Shown one piece after another: positions 19,646-28,405 of a stretch of 64,000 nucleotides of DNA (within the stretch, counting starts at the first letter, position 1; each line of letters begins with the position of its first letter). The notes below the pieces were generated by a model. That model searched no databases. It was not told where the DNA came from and was given only the letters and a program-made list of their open reading frames with translations. The position numbers and the translations under genes were made by a program. Source of the stretch: Planctomycetota bacterium (GTDB lineage Bacteria > Planctomycetota > UBA8742 > UBA2392). Where the stretch lies: positions 3,180 to 67,179 of the forward strand of contig JABARW010000018.1 in NCBI GenBank assembly GCA_019186845.1, read 5' to 3'.

Positions 19646-20410
19646 CTACTTGGCCGTCATGCCCCCGTCGACGGGCAAGTCCATGCCCGTGAGAAACGAG
19701 GCCTCGTCACTGGCCAGGTAGACTGCGGCCAGGGCGACGTCGCGCGGCATGCCCACATTCGTCAGCGGATGCAGGAATGCCATCTGCGAGCGCCACTCGT
19801 GAATGCCCAGTTCGGCCTTGCTGCGATCTTGGAGCGGCGTGTCCACCACGCTGGGTGAAATCGTATTGAAGCGCAGACCCTTGTCGCCAAAGTCCACGGC
19901 GCAGCAACGGGAGAACATGGCCAGGGCGGCCTTGCTGGCTGAATAGGCCAGCTTGTCTGCGTCGGCGGCCTTGCCGTGGGCCGCTGAAACACTGAGTACG
20001 CAGCTTCCGCGGCGCGCCAGCAGCATGGGCAGGCAGGCTTGGGTGACGAGAAAGGCACCGCGAAGATTGGTGTTGAACACGCGATCCCAGATCTTCAATT
20101 CCGTGGTCTCGAGCGTGCCGGGCTCAAACAGGCCCGCGTTATTGACCAGCACATCAAGCCCGCCCAGCAGTGAGCTGGTGCGGGCCGCCAGGGCCTTCAC
20201 GTCTTCGGGGTCGGTGACGTCACACTCCACGAAATGGGCGTGCGGCGTGACGTGATGCAGAGCCTCGACGGCTTGCTGCAGGGGACCCGGCCGACGCCCG
20301 CAAATGACCACGCGCGCGCCCTCAGCCACGAAAGCCTCCGCGATGGCGCGGCCGATGCCCGTGCCGCCTCCCGTGATCAGAACCCGCTTGTCCTTGAGTC
20401 GCTCGCCCAT
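19646..20410 (-). CDS. Short-chain dehydrogenase/reductase (SDR)
   Basis: TGGGTGIGRAIA cofactor motif and YSASKAAL catalytic YxxxK. Start at the ATG at 20410 (MGERLKDKRVLITGG). Confidence 0.8.
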   Translation of the reverse strand: MGERLKDKRVLITGGGTGIGRAIAEAFVAEGARVVICGRRPGPLQQAVEALHHVTPHAHFVECDVTDPEDVKALAARTSSLLGGLDVLVNNAGLFEPGTLETTELKIWDRVFNTNLRGAFLVTQACLPMLLARRGSCVLSVSAAHGKAADADKLAYSASKAALAMFSRCCAVDFGDKGLRFNTISPSVVDTPLQDRSKAELGIHEWRSQMAFLHPLTNVGMPRDVALAAVYLASDEASFLTGMDLPVDGGMTAK

Positions 20411-20474
20411 GGTTACTCCTGCCCCGCGGACCCAGTCTAGTTTTTGTTGGCCGCGCCGACACAGAATGGGCATC

Positions 20475-20503
20475 TTGGACTGATTCAGTCCAAATCGTAT
20501 AGT
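20475..20503 (+). promoter_or_regulatory. Predicted promoter (-35 TTGGAC, 17-nt spacer, -10 TATAGT) overlapped by a perfect 9-1-9 palindrome, TTGGACTGA-T-TCAGTCCAA
   Basis: The palindrome at 20475..20493 was read directly. Its core GACTG-ATT-CAGTC fits the GACTR-WWW-YAGTC core of the IscR type-1 site as I recall it. It lies 36-64 nt upstream of the nifU ATG. Confidence 0.45.
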
Positions 20504-20538
20504 CGGCAGTCAGGGCAACAGGGCGACGAATCGAGGCC

Positions 20539-21453
20539 ATGCAGTACTCCGAGAAGATCCGCGATCATTTCCTGCATCCGCGCAATGCCGGCGAACTCGA
20601 GGACGCCACCGTAATTGGCGAGGCCGGCTCGCTCGCCACCGGAGACGCGTTTCGCCTTTACCTGCGCATTAATTCGCAGGATGTGATTGAAGAAGCCCGC
20701 TTCCAGGCCTTCGGCAGCCCGACCGCCATTGCGACCAGCAGCGCCCTGACCGAAATGATCAAGGGTAAGCACGTCGATGAGGCCGTACGCCTGAGCACGC
20801 GGGACATCGCGGCCTACCTCGATGGTGTGCCGCAGGAGCGCATGCATGCGCCGGTCATGGGCATGGAGGCGCTGGAAGACGCCTATGCCAAGTACCGGCG
20901 CCTTGAAACGCTGGACGAAGACGGGCAGTCCGCACGCATCGTCTGCCGCTGCTTCAATGTAAGTCACGGCCGTATCGAGCGCGCGATTCGCGACCACCAC
21001 CTGAGCACCATTGCCGAAGTCACCCACCACACCAAGGCCGGCGGTGACTGCAACTCGTGCCACGCGGACATTGAAAACCTGCTGGCACGCGCCCGCGCCG
21101 AGCGCGCCCGCGCAGCCGAAGAAGAGCGCATCCGCACGGCCCGCGACAATGCGCGCAAGGCCCAGCCCGCGGGCGGCATCTCGGACTTGCAGCGCGCAGC
21201 GCTGATTCAGGAGGTGCTGGACCGTGAGGTGCGGCCGGGCCTGGCCATGGATGGCGGCGACATGGAACTAGTGAGCGTGGAGGGCGCCACGGTGCGCGTC
21301 AAGCTCGGCGGCCACTGCGTCAGTTGCAGCAGCAGCACGGCCACCATGCGCTACTTCGTGGAAGACAAGTTGCGCGAACTGGTGGACCCCGCTATTGAGG
21401 TCATTGACATCACCGAGCACGGGCAGGAGTTGCACGCACCGCCCATGCGCTGA
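20539..21453 (+). CDS. nifU: NifU-type Fe-S cluster protein (IscU-like domain lacking Cys ligands, central 2Fe-2S domain, C-terminal Nfu domain)
   Basis: The full three-domain NifU architecture is present. Central CRCF...GGDCNSCH and C-terminal GGHCVSCS are conserved. The N-terminal domain reads GSLATGDAF, FGSPTAIATSS and MHAPVMG. Confidence 0.85.
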   Translation: MQYSEKIRDHFLHPRNAGELEDATVIGEAGSLATGDAFRLYLRINSQDVIEEARFQAFGSPTAIATSSALTEMIKGKHVDEAVRLSTRDIAAYLDGVPQERMHAPVMGMEALEDAYAKYRRLETLDEDGQSARIVCRCFNVSHGRIERAIRDHHLSTIAEVTHHTKAGGDCNSCHADIENLLARARAERARAAEEERIRTARDNARKAQPAGGISDLQRAALIQEVLDREVRPGLAMDGGDMELVSVEGATVRVKLGGHCVSCSSSTATMRYFVEDKLRELVDPAIEVIDITEHGQELHAPPMR

Positions 21454-21465
21454 CCGCGGACTTCC

Positions 21466-22689
21466 ATGGCCGACCTCCTGTACTTTGACAATAACGCCAC
21501 CACGAAGCTGGCGCCCGAAGCCCGCGCCGCCCTTGAACCCTTCCTGGGCGAGCTGGTGGGCAACCCCAGCTCGGCGCATAACGCGGGAGGCCGCATCCTG
21601 CACGCCGTGGAAAAGGCGCGCGAGCAAGTCGCCCTCATGCTGGGCTGCGAGACAGGAGAGATCATCTTCAACTCGGGCGGCACCGAGGGCCTGAACACGG
21701 CCATTGAAAACGCGCTGGACGCCCTGCCCACGCGCAAGCAGATCATCATTTCCAAAGTCGAGCATTCGGCGGTGTCAAACGTGGTGCGGCCCCTGGCGCG
21801 CAAGGGCTATCGCATCACGGAAATCAACGTGGACCGTTTCGGACGCCTCGACCTCGCCCAACTGAATCACGAAGTGGGCCATGAAACGGCCCTGATCGCG
21901 ACGCTGTGGGCGAACAATGAAACCGGCGTCGTGGCACCCGTCGCCGAAATCGGCGACATGGCCAAGCGCGCGGGGGCCATGTTCGTGGTTGATGCCGTGC
22001 AATGCCCCGGCAAGCTGAAACTCGACATGAAGGCGCAGGCCGCCATCGACTACCTCGCCGTTTCAGGCCACAAATTCCACGCCCTGCCCGGCTGCGGCGC
22101 ACTCTTCGTGCGAAAGGGTACCTCCTATCGGCCCCTGATACGCGGAGGCAACCAGGAGCGCGGCCGCCGCGCCGGCACAGAAAACGTGCCCGGCATTGTC
22201 AGCATGGGGGCGGCAGCCCGCTGCATCAACGAACACCTCGACGCCGACATCAAGCGCCAGACCGAGCTGCGTGACATGCTGCAGTCCGGCCTGCTGGCAA
22301 AGCTCGATAACGTCATCGTCAATGGCGACGAGCAGTCCCGCCTGTGTAACACGCTCAACGTGGGCTTTGAGTTCGTTGAAGCCGAGGCCGTCCTGCTGAT
22401 GCTGGATGCCGCGGGGGTCGCCGCCAGTTCCGGCAGCGCCTGCGAGTCGGGCAGCCTGGAAACAAGCCACGTGCTCCGCGCCATGGGCGTGCCGTTCACG
22501 GCCATCCATGGCAGCGTGCGCTTTTCGCTCTCGCGCTACACGACAGCGGCCGAGGTAGGAGCGCTGGTAGACAGCACGGTCAAGATCGTCAGGCGCCTGC
22601 GCGAGATCAGCCCCTTTGGGCGCGAAAAGCCCGCCCCGAAGAAGCCCGGGGACCTCGAAGCCCACAAGGCCTACTTCGCTACGACCTGA
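21466..22689 (+). CDS. nifS: Cysteine desulfurase (class V aminotransferase)
   Basis: PLP-lysine motif SGHKFHALPGCG. Active-site loop SSGSACESGSLETSHVLRAMG. Confidence 0.9.
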   Translation: MADLLYFDNNATTKLAPEARAALEPFLGELVGNPSSAHNAGGRILHAVEKAREQVALMLGCETGEIIFNSGGTEGLNTAIENALDALPTRKQIIISKVEHSAVSNVVRPLARKGYRITEINVDRFGRLDLAQLNHEVGHETALIATLWANNETGVVAPVAEIGDMAKRAGAMFVVDAVQCPGKLKLDMKAQAAIDYLAVSGHKFHALPGCGALFVRKGTSYRPLIRGGNQERGRRAGTENVPGIVSMGAAARCINEHLDADIKRQTELRDMLQSGLLAKLDNVIVNGDEQSRLCNTLNVGFEFVEAEAVLLMLDAAGVAASSGSACESGSLETSHVLRAMGVPFTAIHGSVRFSLSRYTTAAEVGALVDSTVKIVRRLREISPFGREKPAPKKPGDLEAHKAYFATT

Positions 22690-22740
22690 GGGCGATTGCC
22701 GGCCATCGACAACGCCGGCGGCTCAGCGGAAAATGCCCCC

Positions 22741-23460
22741 ATGGATTTCGACCACCCCGTGGCCGCTGTGATTCTCGCGCTGGACGCGCACGAGGTGCCC
22801 CACGCCCGTCTGCTCGCCCGCGAACTCGCCGCCGACTGCGACAGCCAGACCATGCTCGTGCTCGGCGAGGCCTTCGCCGAGCGCGGCTTGGTGTCTCCAC
22901 TGGCGGACCTGTGGCAGTACCGATGGTCGCGCCAGGGACCCGTTGAGGTCGAAGCCGAGGCCTACGCCCTGGCCATCAACGCTCTGGCTGTCGAACACAT
23001 GCGCGAAATGCGCTTTGACGAAGCCCGCCCTCTTCTGCTGAAGGCGCTCGAGGCCCTGCCGCAAAACCTGGCCCTCATCCAGAACTTCGCTTCCTGTTCC
23101 CTGGAACTCGGAGAGTTCCAGGCGGCGCTCGACGGCGTGAATGAAGCCGTGTCCCGGGCTCCCCAGGATCCCGCGCTGCACGAACTTCGCGGCCGCGTGC
23201 TCTATCAATCGGGCGATGTCGAGCTCTCCGTACCCGAGTTCACACAGGCTTTTGACGCCGGGCGGGCCTCGGCGGGCCTTTGGCTGCTGCGCGCCCTCTG
23301 CCTCGATGCCCGCATTGATGAAGCCATCGAGGACATGGAGAAGCTGCTCGCAGAGCACCCCGAGCGCGGCAAGGCCATGCTGGACCTCGAGTTTTCCGAC
23401 CCGGGTTCGCCCCTGCAGATTCTGCGGGACGATGAGCGCGCCCGCCCTCTGTTTGAATGA
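22741..23460 (+). CDS. TPR-repeat protein
   Basis: Repeated 34-aa helical units (EARPLLLKALEALPQNLALIQNFASCSLELGEFQAALDGVNEAVSRAPQD...). The start is uncertain (ATG 22741 or TTG 22696). Confidence 0.5.
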   Translation: MDFDHPVAAVILALDAHEVPHARLLARELAADCDSQTMLVLGEAFAERGLVSPLADLWQYRWSRQGPVEVEAEAYALAINALAVEHMREMRFDEARPLLLKALEALPQNLALIQNFASCSLELGEFQAALDGVNEAVSRAPQDPALHELRGRVLYQSGDVELSVPEFTQAFDAGRASAGLWLLRALCLDARIDEAIEDMEKLLAEHPERGKAMLDLEFSDPGSPLQILRDDERARPLFE

Positions 23461-23501
23461 CCCAGCCCGCGGGCCGCAGCTGAAACCACTCCGGCGGCCC
23501 G

Positions 23502-24374
23502 CTACAGATGCTTGTTAAAGAAGTCCAGGGCCGCATCCACGGCCTGTACAAACTCCGCCGTGCGACGGCGGAAAGGGTGCTGGGTGCCCAGCACGTGGTC
23601 CGTGTTTTCAATCGAAAGCAGGCGGGTGTTGGCGCCCCTCAGACCGTTGCTGTTGGCGGCCTCAAGCAGCGCCAAAGACTCTTCGAAGGCGACGCTCTGG
23701 TCATCGACGCCATGAATCAGAAGCCAGGGCACCTCGAGGCGGGAGGCCGCGCGGTGGATGTCAAAGGCCTCGGGATTTGAGCTGACTTCCTCGAAAAAAG
23801 GCCGGCCCACGCGCATTTCCTGACCCGTGCGCGCGTTGGTCAGCTTCATGTGACCGTAGGCCTTGAGGTTCGCTTCGACCTCGGCGGGCGGAAAGCGATT
23901 GGGCGTGGAAATGGCCGCCAGCGTGACCAGGGCACGGATACGCGGATCGCGCGCAGCATAGAGCACGCTCAGCCCGCCGCCCATGGAGTGCCCAAACAGG
24001 CCCATGCGCGCGCGGTCCAGCTCACATTTGTCCGTCAGCAGGCCCCGCGCGGCAGCCTCCACCACCTGGCGCAGGTCAAACAGGCGCTTGCCCCAGGTGT
24101 CCCGCTCGAAGAGGTCGAGACGGTTGAACAGGTCGGTGTCGCCGTGAACGCCGCAATGGGAAAGGCTCACGGCGGCCGCCGCGATGCCGTTGTCGGCAAA
24201 GCCTCGCGCCAGCGTGGGGAAGAAGCCCCAGTGCTTGAAGCCCTTGAATCCGTGCAGAATCAGCACCAGCGGCGGCGAGCCCTCGCCCGCGGGGAGGTAG
24301 AGATCGCCCGCGATTTCCTCGCCGTCGGCGCCCCGCAGCAGGAAAGTATCATCTGGTGCAACCTTGGAAGCCAT
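23502..24374 (-). CDS. Alpha/beta hydrolase
   Basis: Nucleophile elbow GHSMGG and an LILHGFKG oxyanion region. Start at the ATG at 24374 (MASKVAPDD). Confidence 0.7.
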   Translation of the reverse strand: MASKVAPDDTFLLRGADGEEIAGDLYLPAGEGSPPLVLILHGFKGFKHWGFFPTLARGFADNGIAAAAVSLSHCGVHGDTDLFNRLDLFERDTWGKRLFDLRQVVEAAARGLLTDKCELDRARMGLFGHSMGGGLSVLYAARDPRIRALVTLAAISTPNRFPPAEVEANLKAYGHMKLTNARTGQEMRVGRPFFEEVSSNPEAFDIHRAASRLEVPWLLIHGVDDQSVAFEESLALLEAANSNGLRGANTRLLSIENTDHVLGTQHPFRRRTAEFVQAVDAALDFFNKHL

Positions 24375-24402
24375 GAGTCGTCCGGGCAGTCCCCTGGCCG
24401 CG

Positions 24403-25104
24403 CTACTGCGGCTTATCAGGGTCCTGCACCTGCACTTCGTCCACCTCGGCCTCGCCCGCGCCTTCCTGCGCAGCGGCAAGAGAGGCCAAATCCTGCTGGC
24501 GCGGCAGCTCACTGAGAGACTTCAAGCCAAAGGCGCGCAGGAACTCGCCGGTGGTGCCATACAGAGCGGCATTGCCACGGTTCTTGTCGCGCTCGGTCAC
24601 CTGGATGAGGCCGCGCTCAAGCAGGGCGCGCACGAGGTGGTCGCTGGAGGAACCGCGAATGCTCTCGATGTCGAGGCGCGAAATGGGCTGCTTGTAGGCA
24701 ATGACCGCCAGACACTCCAGCACGGCAGGGCTGAGCTTTTGCGCCTCGCGCTCGCGAACCAGCTTGTTGAGCAGTGTGTCATGCTCGGGACGTGTGGTGA
24801 GCTGGTAGCCCTGGGCCAATTCCTGCAGCGAAAAGGCCGAGCCCAGATCATCGTAGCGCTTGGCCAGCAGAGACAGGCACTGCTTGACGGGAATGACGCT
24901 GGGGACTTCCAGCAGGTCAGCGATACGGCGCGCTGAAATGGGCTTGCCGTGCACAAACAGCAGGGCCTCGATGCGCGCGGCCATGGCATCCGGCGGCATG
25001 AAAGAGGCCGACAGGGAGTCCCCCACCTGGGTCGCGTCATCGGCCCCGGCGGACTCGCGGTCTTCCGGCGTGTCCGCTTCAGGGTTGGATGAATCAGGCG
25101 TCAT
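24403..25104 (-). CDS. scpB: Segregation and condensation protein B
   Basis: ScpB-like winged-helix repeats (EALLFVHGKPISARRIADLL...VLECLAVIAYKQPISRLDIESIRG). Confidence 0.8.
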   Translation of the reverse strand: MTPDSSNPEADTPEDRESAGADDATQVGDSLSASFMPPDAMAARIEALLFVHGKPISARRIADLLEVPSVIPVKQCLSLLAKRYDDLGSAFSLQELAQGYQLTTRPEHDTLLNKLVREREAQKLSPAVLECLAVIAYKQPISRLDIESIRGSSSDHLVRALLERGLIQVTERDKNRGNAALYGTTGEFLRAFGLKSLSELPRQQDLASLAAAQEGAGEAEVDEVQVQDPDKPQ

Positions 25105-25213
25105 GGTCGTCTAGTGGACGGCGTCGGAAATCAAGACTCGAAATGGAAGGCCGCGCCCAAGGCTACACGCTGCCGCCCTTTTTGCATTTCTCAATTTGAA
25201 TTTTGCGTCGCCC

Positions 25214-26170
25214 CTATTTGTCCGGCTCGCAGTGAACGCCGGGCACCCTGAACTCCATGGTGTAAACCCCGCGCGACATGACCACCCGCACCCAGCGGCC
25301 AAAGCGGTCGTCATCGACGTCCGGAAACGCCAGAAACTCGGGTCGGCGGTCAAAAAACTTCGCGGTGTTGGCCAGGTTTGTCTTGTTGCGCTTCACGATG
25401 TGCCAGCCATAGGCGCTCTTCACGGGCTTGGAATACTCCCCGTCCTTCAAGGCATAGGCGGCATCCGCCACTTCTGCGGCCAGTCCGTCACCCTTGTAAT
25501 GCCGCGGCAGCTTGCCGCCCAGGTTGGCCGAACCGATGTCCTGGCTTTCCTTCACCGCCAGATCGTCCCAGTTGGCGCCCCGCTGCAGCCGCACCCAGAC
25601 GTCCTGGGCCGTCGCCTGGGTCTTGCAGAGGATGTGGGCGAGGTCGTAGCTCTCCGTCGAAGTCTCGAAGTAGTTCACGATCAGGCGCTTGAGCAGAATA
25701 ATGCGGGCGCGCGAGCCCAGGTAGGCCTCCAGGCGCTCCTGCGTGAGGTTCTGGCTCTTGAGCCACTCCTCCCACGGCACGGCGCCTCCGTAGCGGTCCT
25801 GCACCTGCTTCTTCATCTCGGAAACCTGGCGCTTGACCTCGAGATCGATTTCCAGCTTCTTGATCTCGCAGCCGATGCGCTCGGCTTCCAGGTCCAGGAG
25901 GTTGACGTGCACGAGATAATCTACGGACTTGGTCAGGACCTTGTAGCGCTCATCGGGAATCAGCGCCTCGAAGTCGTAGATGCGGGCGATGAGCTGTTCC
26001 GCAGTGACGATGCGGTTTCCCACCCGTGCGACTTCATTGACTTTGAGCGTGGTCTTGGGCTTGTCAGCGGGTTTCTCGGCCCCTTGAGCGCCCACCAGGT
26101 ATCCCGCAGAACTGAAAAGGCCGGCGAGCAGCGCCAGCGCGCCAAGCCTCAAGGCGAAACGTCGCAACAT
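25214..26170 (-). CDS. Secreted parvulin-type peptidyl-prolyl isomerase (SurA/PrsA-like)
   Basis: Signal peptide MLRRFALRLGALALLAGLFSSAG. Parvulin core AHILCKT...SAYGWHIVKRN. AGGAGAG RBS before the ATG at 26170. Confidence 0.75.
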   Translation of the reverse strand: MLRRFALRLGALALLAGLFSSAGYLVGAQGAEKPADKPKTTLKVNEVARVGNRIVTAEQLIARIYDFEALIPDERYKVLTKSVDYLVHVNLLDLEAERIGCEIKKLEIDLEVKRQVSEMKKQVQDRYGGAVPWEEWLKSQNLTQERLEAYLGSRARIILLKRLIVNYFETSTESYDLAHILCKTQATAQDVWVRLQRGANWDDLAVKESQDIGSANLGGKLPRHYKGDGLAAEVADAAYALKDGEYSKPVKSAYGWHIVKRNKTNLANTAKFFDRRPEFLAFPDVDDDRFGRWVRVVMSRGVYTMEFRVPGVHCEPDK

Positions 26171-26269
26171 GGTCTCTCCTGCTTCGTCTGAATTCGGGGC
26201 CCGCCCCATCCTACACAGGCGCAACGAAACTTCACCCGGCCGGCAAGTGGCTTTTCAACGGGCCAAGGC

Positions 26270-28363
26270 TTGGCTTTCGCCGGCCTGGCCCCTTCGCTAG
26301 ACTTGGCACCAAAGGGACTTCCCGTGGCGTCGCAGCGACAGAACCGTGACGAGGTTGACCCCCTGCCGTCGGGCCCGCCCGCGGCGTCTCCGGACCTTGT
26401 ACCGGAGCTGGACCCCGACGCGCCCGACGACAGCGCCAGCGAAACCCGCGTGCCGCCCCCTGCGGCTCGTGCGCCGGCCACCGGTCACCTGCCCCCGAAC
26501 TCCAAGCCGGGCACCGCCAGCCCCATGCGCGCTCCCGGATGGGACAACTCGGGCACCCGGCCGCGCGAGGCCGTGGAGCCCCCGCGCGGCGTTTCACCAC
26601 CCAAGCAGCGTCCCGTTCTGCCCATCGCGGCCCGCACCGCCACGGATTCAGTGCCCGTCAAAGTTGAGTCCGCCGCGGCCCTGGAGCCGGTGCAGACGGA
26701 TTCGGCCAACCTGCTGCACCCCGTGCAGGTGGACATTCCGGCGCCCCCGCCGCCCTCCACGGAAATCAAGGCGCCGGCACCAGGCCAGAAAAAGATCGAG
26801 TTCTCGCCAGAATCCGCCAATGCCGTGCTGGAGGTCACCGCCGAGCCGCCCCTCGAAACAGCGGATATTGACACGTCAAGACCCAAGGGCCGGTCGCCCA
26901 GCGGCTTTCGCGCCGAGCCGCCGCCGCGCCCGGAAGACGACTTCCCCGAGACCACCAGCGACTCCGCCACGTCCGGCACAAGGCAGGACACCGCCGAACG
27001 CGCCCTGGCCAACCTGAACCTCGACGAGGAGGAAATCCCGCCCAGCCCCGAGATCACCAAGCGCTTTGACGTGATCCTGCAGCTGGGCAAAGGCGGCATG
27101 GCCGTGGTCTATCTATGCCGCGACCCGCGCCAGAAGGGCAAGATCGTCGCGGTCAAGGACATACGCACCGAACTCAAGCCCGGCATGCGCATGGCTGAGC
27201 GCGTCGAGCACGAGGTGATGCTGCTCAAGGAACTCGATCATCCGCGCATCGTCAAGGTCCATGACCTGCTCAAGTTCCCGCGCGGCTCGGCCATCATCAT
27301 GGAGTACATCGACGGCCTGCCTCTGGACCATGAAATCGGCGCGGGGCGGCGTATCACCTGGGATTTCGGCGTGCGCATCCTGCGCGAGATCGGCGATGCC
27401 CTGGCTTACGCCCACTCGCGCGGCGTCATCCACCGGGACCTCAAGCCCGACAACATTCTCTACTCCGAACGCCACAACATCATGAAACTCGTGGACTTCG
27501 GCCTGGCGCGGCTGTACGGCGAAGAGATTGATGTGAGCATGACGCGCACCGGCATGGTGGTGGGCACGCCCCATTACATGAGCCCCGAGCAGGTCAGCGG
27601 CAAACAACTCGACCAGCGCAGCGACGTCTATTCGTTCGGCGCCACGCTGTATTACCTGATCACGGGACAGCGCCATGTGGAGGGGTCCAACATCATGGAC
27701 ATCCTCGAGCAGCAGCGCTCGGGCGAAATCGTTCCGCCCAGCTACATCAACCGCGACATGCCGGACTGGCTGGCTTACATCATCGGCAAGATGATGGAGA
27801 TCAAGGCCGATGACCGTTACCAGAGCATGGACGATGTCCTGGCCGACCTGCGCGCCGCCGAGGAAGACCCCGTAAACTTCGTGAAGAACAACCCCCGGGG
27901 TCCCGTCAAACGCTACGGCAGCCGCCCCCTGATGCCCTATGAGCCCGAGCCCGAACCGCCCCTGACGGACACCGCTGAAGAACGCCGCCTTCAGGCCAAG
28001 ACGGCCCGCATACATGAAGAGGGCGCGGCGGCAATGGGCCCGCCCACGGCTCGCGACACCGACAAGCCCACTCACCGCGTGAAAGACCCGCGCATCGTCG
28101 AGGACCTGCCCAAGGGCGACCCCTCGCTTACCCCCCCTCCGGGGCCGCCCCTGGCCGTGGCCCAGCTCATGGAAATCTCGGAGCTGGTGCGCGAAGTCAG
28201 CCACCGCCTGCAGCGCACGGAGGACAAAGTCGAACAGCAGACCTTCAGCCCCCTGGCGCTCTTCCTGATTGTGCTGCTGAGCTCGCTGATTGCGGCGGCC
28301 ATGGTGGCAGGGTTGATTCTTTACCTGCACCGAAGCGGTCAGATTTCCCTGCTGGTTAACTGA
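26270..28363 (+). CDS. Ser/Thr protein kinase with a Pro-rich N-terminal region and a C-terminal TM anchor
   Basis: LGKGGMAVVY, HRDLKPDNIL, DFGLAR, GTPHYMSPE. C-terminal helix LALFLIVLLSSLIAAAMVAGLILYL. The start is uncertain (TTG 26270 or ATG 26525). Confidence 0.85.
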   Translation: MAFAGLAPSLDLAPKGLPVASQRQNRDEVDPLPSGPPAASPDLVPELDPDAPDDSASETRVPPPAARAPATGHLPPNSKPGTASPMRAPGWDNSGTRPREAVEPPRGVSPPKQRPVLPIAARTATDSVPVKVESAAALEPVQTDSANLLHPVQVDIPAPPPPSTEIKAPAPGQKKIEFSPESANAVLEVTAEPPLETADIDTSRPKGRSPSGFRAEPPPRPEDDFPETTSDSATSGTRQDTAERALANLNLDEEEIPPSPEITKRFDVILQLGKGGMAVVYLCRDPRQKGKIVAVKDIRTELKPGMRMAERVEHEVMLLKELDHPRIVKVHDLLKFPRGSAIIMEYIDGLPLDHEIGAGRRITWDFGVRILREIGDALAYAHSRGVIHRDLKPDNILYSERHNIMKLVDFGLARLYGEEIDVSMTRTGMVVGTPHYMSPEQVSGKQLDQRSDVYSFGATLYYLITGQRHVEGSNIMDILEQQRSGEIVPPSYINRDMPDWLAYIIGKMMEIKADDRYQSMDDVLADLRAAEEDPVNFVKNNPRGPVKRYGSRPLMPYEPEPEPPLTDTAEERRLQAKTARIHEEGAAAMGPPTARDTDKPTHRVKDPRIVEDLPKGDPSLTPPPGPPLAVAQLMEISELVREVSHRLQRTEDKVEQQTFSPLALFLIVLLSSLIAAAMVAGLILYLHRSGQISLLVN

Positions 28364-28392
28364 CAGGGGCGGCCGGAGGCCGCCCCTGTCAG
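28360..28392. terminator. Perfect 15-bp hairpin between convergent genes (bidirectional terminator candidate)
   Basis: CTGACAGGGGCGGCC-GGA-GGCCGCCCCTGTCAG. It overlaps the kinase stop codon and is followed by TTCTT on the plus strand. Confidence 0.6.
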
Positions 28393-28405
28393 TTCTTGGG
28401 TCGCA

